Below the pieces are notes generated by a model that saw only the letters and a program-made list of their open reading frames with translations, was not told where the DNA came from and did no database searches. Below, piece after piece: positions 1 through 7,259 of a stretch of 20,000 nucleotides of DNA. The stretch lies in the IMG/VR virus record IMGVR_UViG_3300021958_011310, one strand, 5' to 3'. The DNA comes from an uncultured virus (IMG/VR IMGVR_UViG_3300021958_011310). Taxonomy: Duplodnaviria; Heunggongvirae; Uroviricota; Caudoviricetes. The stretch's first letter is position 1, and every line of letters begins with the position of its first letter. Made by a program: the position numbers and the translations under genes.

Positions 1-1
1 G

Positions 2-79
2 GCTTCGACATGGAAGAACGATGATGGATCGTTGGTATTCGAATCTCCCGAAGATTACGATTGCTCAATCGAAACATAA
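2..79 (+). CDS. 3' end of a truncated ORF of unknown function (...ASTWKNDDGSLVFESPEDYDCSIET*)
   Basis: Open frame from the window edge to TAA 77-79, followed by a terminator-like hairpin. Confidence 0.45.
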   Translation, partial: ASTWKNDDGSLVFESPEDYDCSIET

Positions 80-94
80 TTGATATAAACCTCT

Positions 95-127
95 AAGAGC
101 CTCTAGATTAATCTAGAGGCTCTTTTA
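95..127 (+). terminator. Intrinsic terminator-like hairpin (perfect 30-bp palindrome)
   Basis: AAGAGCCTCTAGATT/AATCTAGAGGCTCTT at 95-124 is a perfect inverted repeat ending in a T-run, just after a stop codon. Confidence 0.7.
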
Positions 128-147
128 ATATATTGGTCTTTATTTAC

Positions 148-318
148 GTGAAATTAACTAAAAAACATTTAAAACCAGTCGAGGATCAAGTCTGGGATCA
201 AGTCAGGGATCAAGTCTGGGATCAAGTCTGGGATCATGTCGAGAATCAAGTCTATGATCAAGTCAGGAAACAAGTCAGGAAACAAGTCAGGGATCAAGTC
301 TATAATGAAATTAACTAA
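148..318 (+). CDS. xxQV-repeat mini-protein, copy 1 (56 aa, GTG start)
   Basis: (M)KLTKKHLKPV + 10 xxQV units + YNEIN*. GTG at 148 aligns with the ATG of the other copies. Confidence 0.7.
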   Translation: MKLTKKHLKPVEDQVWDQVRDQVWDQVWDHVENQVYDQVRKQVRKQVRDQVYNEIN

Positions 319-487
319 AGAACATTTAAAACCAGTCTATGATCAAGTCTGGGGTCAAGTCTATGATCAAGTCTATGATCAAGTCGGGTTTCAAGTCAGG
401 TATCAAGTCAGGGATCAAGTCTGGGATCAAGTCTGGGATCATGTCGAGAATCAAGTCAGGGATCAAGTCTATAATGAAATTAACTAA
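305..487 (+). CDS. xxQV-repeat mini-protein, copy 2 (60 aa)
   Basis: MKLTKEHLKPV + 11 units + YNEIN*; overlaps copy 1 by 14 nt. Confidence 0.7.
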   Translation: MKLTKEHLKPVYDQVWGQVYDQVYDQVGFQVRYQVRDQVWDQVWDHVENQVRDQVYNEIN

Positions 488-680
488 AGAACATTTAAAA
501 CCAGTCTATGATCAAGTCTGGGGTCAAGTCTATGATCAAGTCTGGGATCAAGTCTGGTATCAAGTCGGGGCTCAAGTCTATGATCAAGTCGGGTTTCAAG
601 TCAGGTATCAAGTCAGGGATCAAGTCTGGGATCAAGTCTGGGATCATGTCGAGAATCAAGTCTATCATGAAATTATTTAA
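474..680 (+). CDS. xxQV-repeat mini-protein, copy 3 (68 aa)
   Basis: MKLTKEHLKPV + 13 units + YHEII*; overlaps copy 2 by 14 nt. Confidence 0.7.
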   Translation: MKLTKEHLKPVYDQVWGQVYDQVWDQVWYQVGAQVYDQVGFQVRYQVRDQVWDQVWDHVENQVYHEII

Positions 681-933
681 AGAACATTTAAAACCAGTCA
701 GGAATCAAGTCAGTTATCAAGTCTATGATCAAGTCAGGAGTCAAGTCTATGATCAAGTCGATAATCATGTCGATAATCATGTCTGGTATCAAGTCGGGGA
801 TCAAGTCGGGGATCAAGTCGGGGCTCAAGTCTATGATCAAGTCAGGGATCAAGTCTATTGGCCAGTCATGGATCAAGTCGATGATCAAGTCTATTGGCAA
901 GTCTGGGATAAAGTCCATGATGAAATTAACTAA
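667..933 (+). CDS. xxQV-repeat mini-protein, copy 4 (88 aa)
   Basis: MKLFKEHLKPV + 18 units + HDEIN*; overlaps copy 3 by 14 nt. Confidence 0.7.
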   Translation: MKLFKEHLKPVRNQVSYQVYDQVRSQVYDQVDNHVDNHVWYQVGDQVGDQVGAQVYDQVRDQVYWPVMDQVDDQVYWQVWDKVHDEIN

Positions 934-938
934 AGAAT

Positions 939-1850
939 ATGAATTATAAAGAATCAGGAGTAGATATAAAAAAAACAGATAATCTTGTAAAACAAATTTC
1001 TGGGTTGGTAGATAATATCGGTGGATTTGGAGGTCTTTTTGATTTAGGGGATAGTTATCTTGTTGGTGCTACAGATGGCGTTGGCACAAAAATTCTTCTT
1101 GCCCAAGAATATGATATGCTTGATGGTATTGGGATTGATTGTGTCGCTATGTGTGTTAATGATATTATATGTACCGGCGCTAAACCATTATTCTTCTTAG
1201 ATTACTTTGCCTCCTCAAATATAGAAGAAAAACAATATTTAACAGTTTTAAATTCTATTAAAAAAGGTTGCGAAATAGCAGGTATCCCTCTTATCGGGGG
1301 GGAAACAGCAGAATTGCCTTCATTAGTAACTGATAATCATTTTGATGTCGCAGGTTTTTGTGTTGGCATAGTAAAGAAAAAAGATTTAATTGACGGCAAG
1401 AAAATTAAAAAAGGTGATATAGTAGTTGCGTTTCCAAGTAACGGGTTTCACAGCAACGGCTATTCTTTAGTTAGAAGCATCTTCGACAAGGAAAAGCATG
1501 AGAAATATATTGACAAAATTTTAAAGCCTACAGAGATCTACGCAAAAGAAGTCTTGAATATATTAGAGGCAGGGGTTAATATTCATGGGATAGCTCATAT
1601 TACTGGCGGAGGATTAAGTAATTTAGATCGCATTCTTCCTCAAGACTTAAAAGTTAAATGGAAAAATGATATTACTAAGCCTTTTGTATTTGACTTACTT
1701 CAAAAAGATGGTAATATATCTGGCGAAGAAATGGAAAGAGTCTTTAATAATGGTATAGGTTTATGTATGGTTGTAGATCCTAAAGAAGTTAATAAAGTTT
1801 TCTTGCAGAAAATTAATAGGCCTGCCATGATTGTTGGGCATATAGAATAA
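939..1850 (+). CDS. purM: Phosphoribosylformylglycinamidine cyclo-ligase (AIR synthetase)
   Basis: Motifs YKESGVDI, IGGFGGLF, TDGVGTK, GIDCVAMCVND, PLFFLDY, GGETAE, SNGFHSNGYSL, AHITGGG, FNNGIG. Confidence 0.97.
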   Translation: MNYKESGVDIKKTDNLVKQISGLVDNIGGFGGLFDLGDSYLVGATDGVGTKILLAQEYDMLDGIGIDCVAMCVNDIICTGAKPLFFLDYFASSNIEEKQYLTVLNSIKKGCEIAGIPLIGGETAELPSLVTDNHFDVAGFCVGIVKKKDLIDGKKIKKGDIVVAFPSNGFHSNGYSLVRSIFDKEKHEKYIDKILKPTEIYAKEVLNILEAGVNIHGIAHITGGGLSNLDRILPQDLKVKWKNDITKPFVFDLLQKDGNISGEEMERVFNNGIGLCMVVDPKEVNKVFLQKINRPAMIVGHIE

Positions 1851-1854
1851 TAGT

Positions 1855-1992
1855 ATGAATAAAACTGAGGTAGTACTTATATTTGTTGTTTTGGTGTTAT
1901 TAGCATTATTTGTTGCTAACTTCACAATCCTTTTCAAAATACACGATGACCAACAGATAATTAAAAATAAAATAGATTTAATAACTAAATGA
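1855..1992 (+). CDS. Small single-TM hypothetical protein (45 aa)
   Basis: MNKTEVVLIFVVLVLLALFVANFTILFK...; fills the gap after purM and has an ATGA overlap with the next ORF. Confidence 0.65.
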   Translation: MNKTEVVLIFVVLVLLALFVANFTILFKIHDDQQIIKNKIDLITK

Positions 1993-2180
1993 CAAATCAA
2001 TTAAAAAGTGCTTTAACAGATATATTTGTAGATGCAGGGACAGGAGCTATAGTTACAGCAGTGCTTTACTTCGTATTCCTAGCAGGAGGACATTCCTCTC
2101 CTCTTGGGGCTGCGTTTGGGCTAGGGGCTAGGGGCTTGGGTATTTTGCATTTTTACAGGAGTACACTGCATGTTAACTGA
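1989..2180 (+). CDS. Small hydrophobic hypothetical protein
   Basis: 63-aa ORF with hydrophobic, Gly-rich segments, coupled to its neighbours. Confidence 0.55.
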   Translation: MTNQLKSALTDIFVDAGTGAIVTAVLYFVFLAGGHSSPLGAAFGLGARGLGILHFYRSTLHVN

Positions 2181-2283
2181 TGGAGGAGCCATCTTGATAG
2201 TGAGTTTATTATTAGGTTTTATCGGTATAGCGGCAGGAATATTGTATTTAGTTCTTCAGTTTTTTCTGGGATTATTAGTGTGA
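2170..2283 (+). CDS. Small membrane peptide (37 aa)
   Basis: MLTDGGAILIVSLLLGFIGIAAGILYLVLQFFLGLLV*; overlaps the upstream stop. Confidence 0.55.
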   Translation: MLTDGGAILIVSLLLGFIGIAAGILYLVLQFFLGLLV

Positions 2284-2291
2284 AAAATTAA

Positions 2292-2447
2292 ATGAAAGAA
2301 GTTATAAAAAACATTTTAGATGAATACACTAAACATTCATTTCAAGTAAATCTTGACAGTGAGGCTTCAAGATACGCATTAGCGGAACACATAGAAGAAG
2401 GAATAAAAAAATGGCAAAAAGAAAATCAAAAGAAAAACGAGGCTTAA
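2292..2447 (+). CDS. Hypothetical protein (51 aa)
   Basis: MKEVIKNILDEYTKHSFQVNLDSEASRYALAEHIEEGIKKWQKENQKKNEA*. Confidence 0.6.
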   Translation: MKEVIKNILDEYTKHSFQVNLDSEASRYALAEHIEEGIKKWQKENQKKNEA

Positions 2448-2551
2448 ATAAAAAAATATCCGACATGAAAGGGAGACATTCTAAAAATAATTCTTCCCGA
2501 AATAAAAGTAGCAAAAATTACAAAAAACCTTATAATAGGCAAGGTAGATAA
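2411..2551 (+). CDS. Very basic micro-protein (46 aa)
   Basis: MAKRKSKEKRGLNKKISDMKGRHSKNNSSRNKSSKNYKKPYNRQGR*; the C-terminus resembles small basic phage proteins ending in Y-x-x-QGR (from recollection). Confidence 0.65.
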   Translation: MAKRKSKEKRGLNKKISDMKGRHSKNNSSRNKSSKNYKKPYNRQGR

Positions 2552-2558
2552 AAATTTA

Positions 2559-2625
2559 ATGTGTTAATAGCAATTCCCCTAGTTATTACTTTTTGGTAAT
2601 TCCCCTACTTATTGCTTTAGCACAT
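2559..2625 (+). ncRNA. Candidate structured RNA, 10x10 internal-loop hairpin family, copy 1
   Basis: Outer stem ATGTGTTAA(T)AGCAAT/ATTGCTTTAGCACAT; loop strands TCCCCTAGTT and TCCCCTACTT; inner stem ATTAC-TTTTTG-GTAAT; 7 nt before tRNA-Leu. Confidence 0.75.
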
Positions 2626-2632
2626 AATTTAT

Positions 2633-2720
2633 GCCAGTGTGGTGAAATTGGCAAACACAACAGACTTAAAATCTGTCGCCCTTCTAAGGCTTGTCGGTTC
2701 GAGTCCGACCACTGGTACCA
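2633..2720 (+). tRNA. tRNA-Leu (UAA)
   Basis: Acceptor GCCAGTG/CACTGGT, anticodon arm ACAGA-CTTAAAA-TCTGT, long variable arm, GTTCGAGTC T-loop, encoded CCA. Confidence 0.97.
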
Positions 2721-2732
2721 TTTAAATTTATT

Positions 2733-3239
2733 ATGCAGTTAGATTGCGAAACTCCCGTAGGAAAACAGTTCATAAAAGATCAACACGATGTTGAATCTTT
2801 GATTGAGAGACGTTACAACGTTACTGTAAAAACTAAAACTAATAAAATAGAAAAGTATGACGCAGACATTTATCGTAATGATAGTTTAGTAGGCGTTTGC
2901 GAAATAAAAACGAGACCTTTTTGGAACCGTAAAGATAAAACCCCATTTACTTTAGATTTACTCAAAAGAAACGGATACCTGATAACTGCTGAAAAACTTG
3001 ATATTTTACAAGCTAAAAGCTTAAAAAAAGGTGTAATATCTTGTATATTTGTAAAAATACCCCATGAAAAAACGGTGGCTAGCATCAAAGTGACAGATAA
3101 AAAAGGTATTTTTTTAATCAACTTTAAAAAAATCTTCAGTAAAACAAAATATAGTTCTAACGATTATAAAGGAGACACCCTTAGAGAAAACGCATTTATA
3201 AAATACGACCCTAAAACTTTTAACACTTTTAAATATTAA
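2733..3239 (+). CDS. Putative PD-(D/E)xK nuclease-fold protein
   Basis: E...YDADIY...VCEIKTR pattern. Start moved to ATG 2733 because the TTG at 2691 lies inside the tRNA. Confidence 0.6.
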   Translation: MQLDCETPVGKQFIKDQHDVESLIERRYNVTVKTKTNKIEKYDADIYRNDSLVGVCEIKTRPFWNRKDKTPFTLDLLKRNGYLITAEKLDILQAKSLKKGVISCIFVKIPHEKTVASIKVTDKKGIFLINFKKIFSKTKYSSNDYKGDTLRENAFIKYDPKTFNTFKY

Positions 3240-3243
3240 TATT

Positions 3244-3627
3244 ATGAAATTCAACCAACAAGTATTACTAAAGCATAAATATGGTATCACTGCACAATGG
3301 ATCAGTGATGATTTTAGCTCCACAGCTATAGCAACTTATCAGCAAAACATAATCAAAACAAAAAACGCAGAAGGTGAAGATGTTATTATTGAAAAATGGT
3401 CGCTCACTAATTGTAGCGGTCCATGGACTGGAACAAGTGAAGACGGTAAAAGTTTAGTTATCATCCCCGGACATGAGGACTCTAGAAATCATATATCAGG
3501 ACAAGCGACTGTTATTCTAACCGCAATCAGTGCGTATGCAGGAGGTAAGAAAACAATTGAATCTTATTGGAAAGGGCAAATAATCGGTTTATTTGAAGAC
3601 CCTGAGATATTTGTTAACGATAAGTGA
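3244..3627 (+). CDS. Hypothetical protein
   Basis: 127-aa ORF, closely packed with neighbours. Confidence 0.75.
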   Translation: MKFNQQVLLKHKYGITAQWISDDFSSTAIATYQQNIIKTKNAEGEDVIIEKWSLTNCSGPWTGTSEDGKSLVIIPGHEDSRNHISGQATVILTAISAYAGGKKTIESYWKGQIIGLFEDPEIFVNDK

Positions 3628-3653
3628 GCAGAAAAAGAAAGCAGAATTAATTG

Positions 3654-3851
3654 ATGGCTCATTTAGTAAAATTAACAGACTACCAAACAGGAGAGGAAGT
3701 TCTATACAATCTGGATACGGTTGTCTCGATAGAGAGGGTTAAAGATTCAACAGTAATTACTACTAGGTGGGGAAGAAACCAAGTGAAAGAAAATCTTGAT
3801 TTTATTTTTAAAGCATCTTTAAGTAATATTATGCAAAGCCCTTCTTGTTAA
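3654..3851 (+). CDS. FlbD/SwrD-like small beta protein
   Basis: LVKLT...GEEVLYNLDTVVSIE...STVITT...VKENLDFI follows the FlbD-family pattern IKLT..NG..F.LN.D.I..IE..PDTVITL...VKES.EEV. Confidence 0.5.
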   Translation: MAHLVKLTDYQTGEEVLYNLDTVVSIERVKDSTVITTRWGRNQVKENLDFIFKASLSNIMQSPSC

Positions 3852-3852
3852 T

Positions 3853-3870
3853 ATGTAACATAAATGTAAC
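3853..3870 (+). promoter_or_regulatory. Pho-box-like direct repeat
   Basis: ATGTAAC-ATAA-ATGTAAC with an 11-bp period, 35 nt upstream of the porin ATG. Confidence 0.6.
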
Positions 3871-3890
3871 GTGACTTTTTGCTTTCATAT

Positions 3891-3900
3891 TGTAATATAT
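3891..3900 (+). promoter_or_regulatory. TGTAATATAT motif (putative phage promoter element)
   Basis: Begins 14 nt before ATG 3905; the same motif sits at 14349 (+) and 16082-16091 (-). Confidence 0.5.
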
Positions 3901-3904
3901 TTGC

Positions 3905-5092
3905 ATGAGAATATTATCTCTACTATTAATAGTTTGGGCTCACCCTACATTAGCCCAAGAACCTGAAAACTGGAATATATTTAACAAAAACACTTTGTAT
4001 AAGAGCGATAGCGGCTTCATCAGAGATGTTAAATTGAAAGGTAGGTACCATGGTCAATACATCAGCCAAGATGAGGATATCGGTGGTATCAAAGATAATG
4101 AATACGATGTCTACCACCATCGCCGTGCGCGAATCCAAATGGACTTCGATTTCGATCATAATTTTTCCTTTGGTTTCGATGCAAACATTTCGGATGGCCA
4201 TGGTTCCAGAACAGCTCTTAGCGATGAGGGTTCTTTCGTAAACAACTTCCAAACGTTCAACCTCCAATGGAAACCCAGCGACAAATATTATTTCATTATC
4301 GGTAAAGACAAGCAGGATATTACCCGTGAGGACATTCAATCGTCGAGATATATCAAAACGGTTGAACGTGCCCCTATCGTGAATGAAATCGGCCAGCAAC
4401 GTCCATGGGGAGCTCAAGTGGGATTCTTTACTAAAGGTATTGAACATCGGCTTGGTGCTTGGGTTTATGGTGCCCATGAAGATGGTCCAGAGTGGGTTGA
4501 CTTTCGCGCTAATAAAGGACTATCCTATAACCTCACCTATCCGGTAAAAGATGATCTTTCCTTTCACTTCGACTGGAACTTTGTGAATAATGAAGGTGGT
4601 CGTGAACGAGCACGGGGTGATGCTTCTGTAGGTACTTTCGGATCTGCTTATGAACACGCATTCGCTTTGGGTTTTGATTACGAAAAAGGTCCATTCAAAG
4701 TCATTTCTGATGTGATCTACGGAGCCAACCGTGAGGGAGTTGCAGCAAGTAAGGGGTCTGCAGCTATTCCGGCTGGACATGATACATGGGGTTTCTATGT
4801 ATTACCTTCTTATAAAATTACTGACAAGCTTGAAGGGGTTTTCCGCTACCAATACATGGGTTCAGGGCGTGAACAACGTACTCAGCGATTTGGGCATGAT
4901 GGTGATGGAGACAGAAACGCGAGACTCAATGTTGAGAACTATCATTCAGTTTACTCTGGATTTCAGTATTTTCTAAGTGAAGAGAATCTCAAGCTCATGG
5001 CTGGTTATGAGTATGCATGGGGCGAGCTTTTGGGAAGCGATACAGAAATTAACACAGGAAGCTGGCAGTTGGCAATACGAACTTACTTTTAA
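3905..5092 (+). CDS. Outer-membrane porin, OprO/OprP phosphate-selective-like
   Basis: Signal peptide (…PTLA/QE), RRARI basic strand, QSSRYIKTVERA segment typical of OprP-like porins, amphipathic beta strands, C-terminal Phe. Confidence 0.75.
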   Translation: MRILSLLLIVWAHPTLAQEPENWNIFNKNTLYKSDSGFIRDVKLKGRYHGQYISQDEDIGGIKDNEYDVYHHRRARIQMDFDFDHNFSFGFDANISDGHGSRTALSDEGSFVNNFQTFNLQWKPSDKYYFIIGKDKQDITREDIQSSRYIKTVERAPIVNEIGQQRPWGAQVGFFTKGIEHRLGAWVYGAHEDGPEWVDFRANKGLSYNLTYPVKDDLSFHFDWNFVNNEGGRERARGDASVGTFGSAYEHAFALGFDYEKGPFKVISDVIYGANREGVAASKGSAAIPAGHDTWGFYVLPSYKITDKLEGVFRYQYMGSGREQRTQRFGHDGDGDRNARLNVENYHSVYSGFQYFLSEENLKLMAGYEYAWGELLGSDTEINTGSWQLAIRTYF

Positions 5093-5115
5093 AAATTTTT
5101 AATTAGAAATATATT

Positions 5116-6063
5116 ATGGAACTAATTACAATATGGATGGCGATAGGTTTCTTTTTAGCAGCCTATTCAGTTGTAGCAAACGATTCAGTACAAACTTTAG
5201 GGACTTGGATAGCATCCAATAACGAAAAGTTTAGATGGACTACAATGTGGGCTGGAGCTTCAATTGTGCTTTTGTTTACATTGTGGTATGGTTGGACTGT
5301 AAACGGGGGAGACATTTCTTATGGAAGATTAACTAAAATACCTTTTGAGGAGGTCCAGTGGTATCACGCTTTAGCTCCTGCGGTTTTACTTTTATTGACT
5401 AGAGTAGGGGTTCCAGTTAGCACTTCTTTTTTAGTTTTATCAGCTTTTGCTTCTACTTTTGTATTAGAAAAGATGTTACTTAAATCAATCATGGGTTATG
5501 CCGTAGCAGCCGTTGCAGCATATAGTCTTTGGTTTGTAATATCTAAATTACTTGATGAGAGCAAGGATGTAGACGTAAAGCATGAAACCTTTTGGCGGGT
5601 AGCACAATGGACTACTACAGGTTTTTTGTGGTATACATGGCTAGCTCATGACATGGCTAATATTGCTGTATTCTTGCCTAGATCTGTTCCTGCTGACTTA
5701 ATGGTTATTATATCCATTGTTTTTGTTGTGGGTTTAGCTTTAATGTTTAAAGAAAAAGGTGGCAAAATCCAACAGATAGTTTTGAGTAAGCAAAGCACAA
5801 AATTTATTCGTTCTGCTACTATTATCGATTTTGTTTATTGGATTATTCTTTACATATTTAAAGAGATTAATAATATTCCTATGTCCACTACTTGGGTATT
5901 TGTAGGTCTTTTAACTGGTAGAGAGTTAGCTATGGCAACAAGTAACCAAAAAAGAAAACTAAAGCAGGTTTTTCCTCTTGTGGCGAAAGATTTTTTTAAA
6001 ATGATGATTGGGCTTTGCGCTTCTCTAGTTATCGTAGTTTTAATTCATAAGATTCTAAAATAA
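5116..6063 (+). CDS. Multi-pass membrane protein, PiT-like inorganic phosphate transporter
   Basis: Many TM segments with internally duplicated signatures ANDSVQTLGT…PVSTS and HDMANIAV…PMSTT, like the paired GxND…PVSTT motifs of the PiT family. Confidence 0.65.
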   Translation: MELITIWMAIGFFLAAYSVVANDSVQTLGTWIASNNEKFRWTTMWAGASIVLLFTLWYGWTVNGGDISYGRLTKIPFEEVQWYHALAPAVLLLLTRVGVPVSTSFLVLSAFASTFVLEKMLLKSIMGYAVAAVAAYSLWFVISKLLDESKDVDVKHETFWRVAQWTTTGFLWYTWLAHDMANIAVFLPRSVPADLMVIISIVFVVGLALMFKEKGGKIQQIVLSKQSTKFIRSATIIDFVYWIILYIFKEINNIPMSTTWVFVGLLTGRELAMATSNQKRKLKQVFPLVAKDFFKMMIGLCASLVIVVLIHKILK

Positions 6064-6068
6064 TAAAT

Positions 6069-6278
6069 ATGTCAGATTCAGGAGATAAAAGATGGGAAGA
6101 AAAAGACGATGGAATAAGCACTTTACTTAGGCAACAAAATGAAGAGTTAATAAAAAATTATGAGCAGCAGTGTCAAATTTCTAAAGATCTCGCAAAAGAA
6201 AACGAAGCACTTTTTGACAGCAGAAGAAAATATACTGTAGCCATAGATGAGATAAAGCGAATTCTAAAAAATTTATAA
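6069..6278 (+). CDS. Hypothetical coiled-coil protein
   Basis: 69-aa charged helical ORF; TAATG overlap with the next gene. Confidence 0.65.
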   Translation: MSDSGDKRWEEKDDGISTLLRQQNEELIKNYEQQCQISKDLAKENEALFDSRRKYTVAIDEIKRILKNL

Positions 6279-6988
6279 TGATAAACCAAAACGTTTACAT
6301 CTTTGATATTGATGGGACACTGACACCACCCCGACAAAAGATAAACACACAGTTTGCGTTGTTCTTCGCGTCTTTTTGTGAGCAAAAACCTGTTTTTTTA
6401 GCTACTGGCAGTGATTATAAAAAAGTAAAAGAACAAATTACTCCAGATATTATTTCTAAAGTAGATGGGATTTTTACTTGTATGGGAAATGAGTTGTGGG
6501 TCAATGATGAAAAAGTTTACTTTAAAGAATTAAAGGTTCCAGCAGAAGTTGAATTGTGGCTAACAATACAATTGTACGAATCAAAATACCCAAAAGAAAA
6601 ATGCGGGAATGTGAATTTTGAATACAGAACAGGCATGTTAAATTTTAGTATTGCAGGTAGAGATATAGATAAGGATAGGCGTTTAGAATATTCTACTTGG
6701 GATAAAGATAAAAAAGAGCGCCAAAAAATAGTTAAAAATTTCAATAAACTTTTTAAACATCATAATTTAGAAGCTTGTATTGGAGGAGAAATCTCGATAG
6801 ACATTCAAAAAACAGGCTCAGACAAAGGACAAGTTTTTGATTACTTAAGCTTTTATAAAACAAAAGTTTTTTTTGGCGACAAATGTGAGCCTAGCGGCAA
6901 TGATTACCCCTTGTATCAGAAATGTGAATTTAAATTTGCTGTAGATAACTGGCTTCACACATCTGCGATACTTAAAAATATTACTTGA
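6278..6988 (+). CDS. HAD-IIB hydrolase, eukaryotic-type phosphomannomutase-like
   Basis: FDIDGTLTPPR, TGSD, EYRTGMLNFS, IGGEISIDI, DK and FFGDK…GNDY motifs. Confidence 0.85.
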   Translation: MINQNVYIFDIDGTLTPPRQKINTQFALFFASFCEQKPVFLATGSDYKKVKEQITPDIISKVDGIFTCMGNELWVNDEKVYFKELKVPAEVELWLTIQLYESKYPKEKCGNVNFEYRTGMLNFSIAGRDIDKDRRLEYSTWDKDKKERQKIVKNFNKLFKHHNLEACIGGEISIDIQKTGSDKGQVFDYLSFYKTKVFFGDKCEPSGNDYPLYQKCEFKFAVDNWLHTSAILKNIT

Positions 6989-7012
6989 CACATATTGTTT
7001 TTACTTTATCAT
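6985..7012 (+). promoter_or_regulatory. Sigma70-like promoter upstream of purS
   Basis: TTGACA-N16-TATCAT, ending 7 nt before ATG 7020 (probably leaderless). Confidence 0.6.
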
Positions 7013-7019
7013 ATTGTAA

Positions 7020-7259
7020 ATGAAAAAAGTGCATGTTGTCACAACCACAAAAGGGCAAACCTATGATCCTCAAGGTACAGTTATAAATAAAGCTGCAAAA
7101 CAATTAGGTATTAAAGGTATAGCTGACGTAAAAGCTGGTAGACATTTTCTTTTGATTTTTGAAGATGCAGCGACAGAAGAAGAGATTAAAAAAGCAACCT
7201 TTGAAGCTGCAGAAAAATTATTACACAATAATATCATAGAAGATTACGAAATATTATGA
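7020..7259 (+). CDS. purS: Phosphoribosylformylglycinamidine synthase subunit PurS
   Basis: 79 aa with DPQG, V-x-x-G-R-x-F and KLLHNNIIEDYEI (cf. LLANPVIEDY). Confidence 0.9.
   Translation: MKKVHVVTTTKGQTYDPQGTVINKAAKQLGIKGIADVKAGRHFLLIFEDAATEEEIKKATFEAAEKLLHNNIIEDYEIL

Larger units (their letters stand above)
148..949 (+). repeat. Two-level tandem repeat: 12-nt units (NNN-NNN-CAA-GTC) inside gene-sized units joined by a conserved ATGAAATTAACTAAAGAACATTTAAAACCAGTC junction
   Basis: Junction copies start at 148, 305, 474 and 667, with a partial one at 920. There are 52 twelve-nt units in total (10+11+13+18). Confidence 0.95.

Noticed and set aside
148..949. CRISPR array (conserved ~33-nt junctions separated by variable sequence)
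   Set aside because: The intervening parts are over 130 nt long, made of 12-nt repeats and keep open frames; no cas genes are present.
148..949. Diversity-generating retroelement TR/VR pair
   Set aside because: No reverse transcriptase in the window, and variation is not adenine-specific (the A residues of CAA are nearly invariant).
236..949. ORF-track SGIK/SMIK N-terminal extensions, ORF 725-949 and minus-strand ORF 688-918
   Set aside because: Alternative-frame readings of a stop-free 12-nt repeat; the conserved MKLTKEHLKPV starts define the likely genes.
2691..2732. ORF start at TTG 2691
   Set aside because: It lies inside tRNA-Leu; ATG 2733 is preferred.
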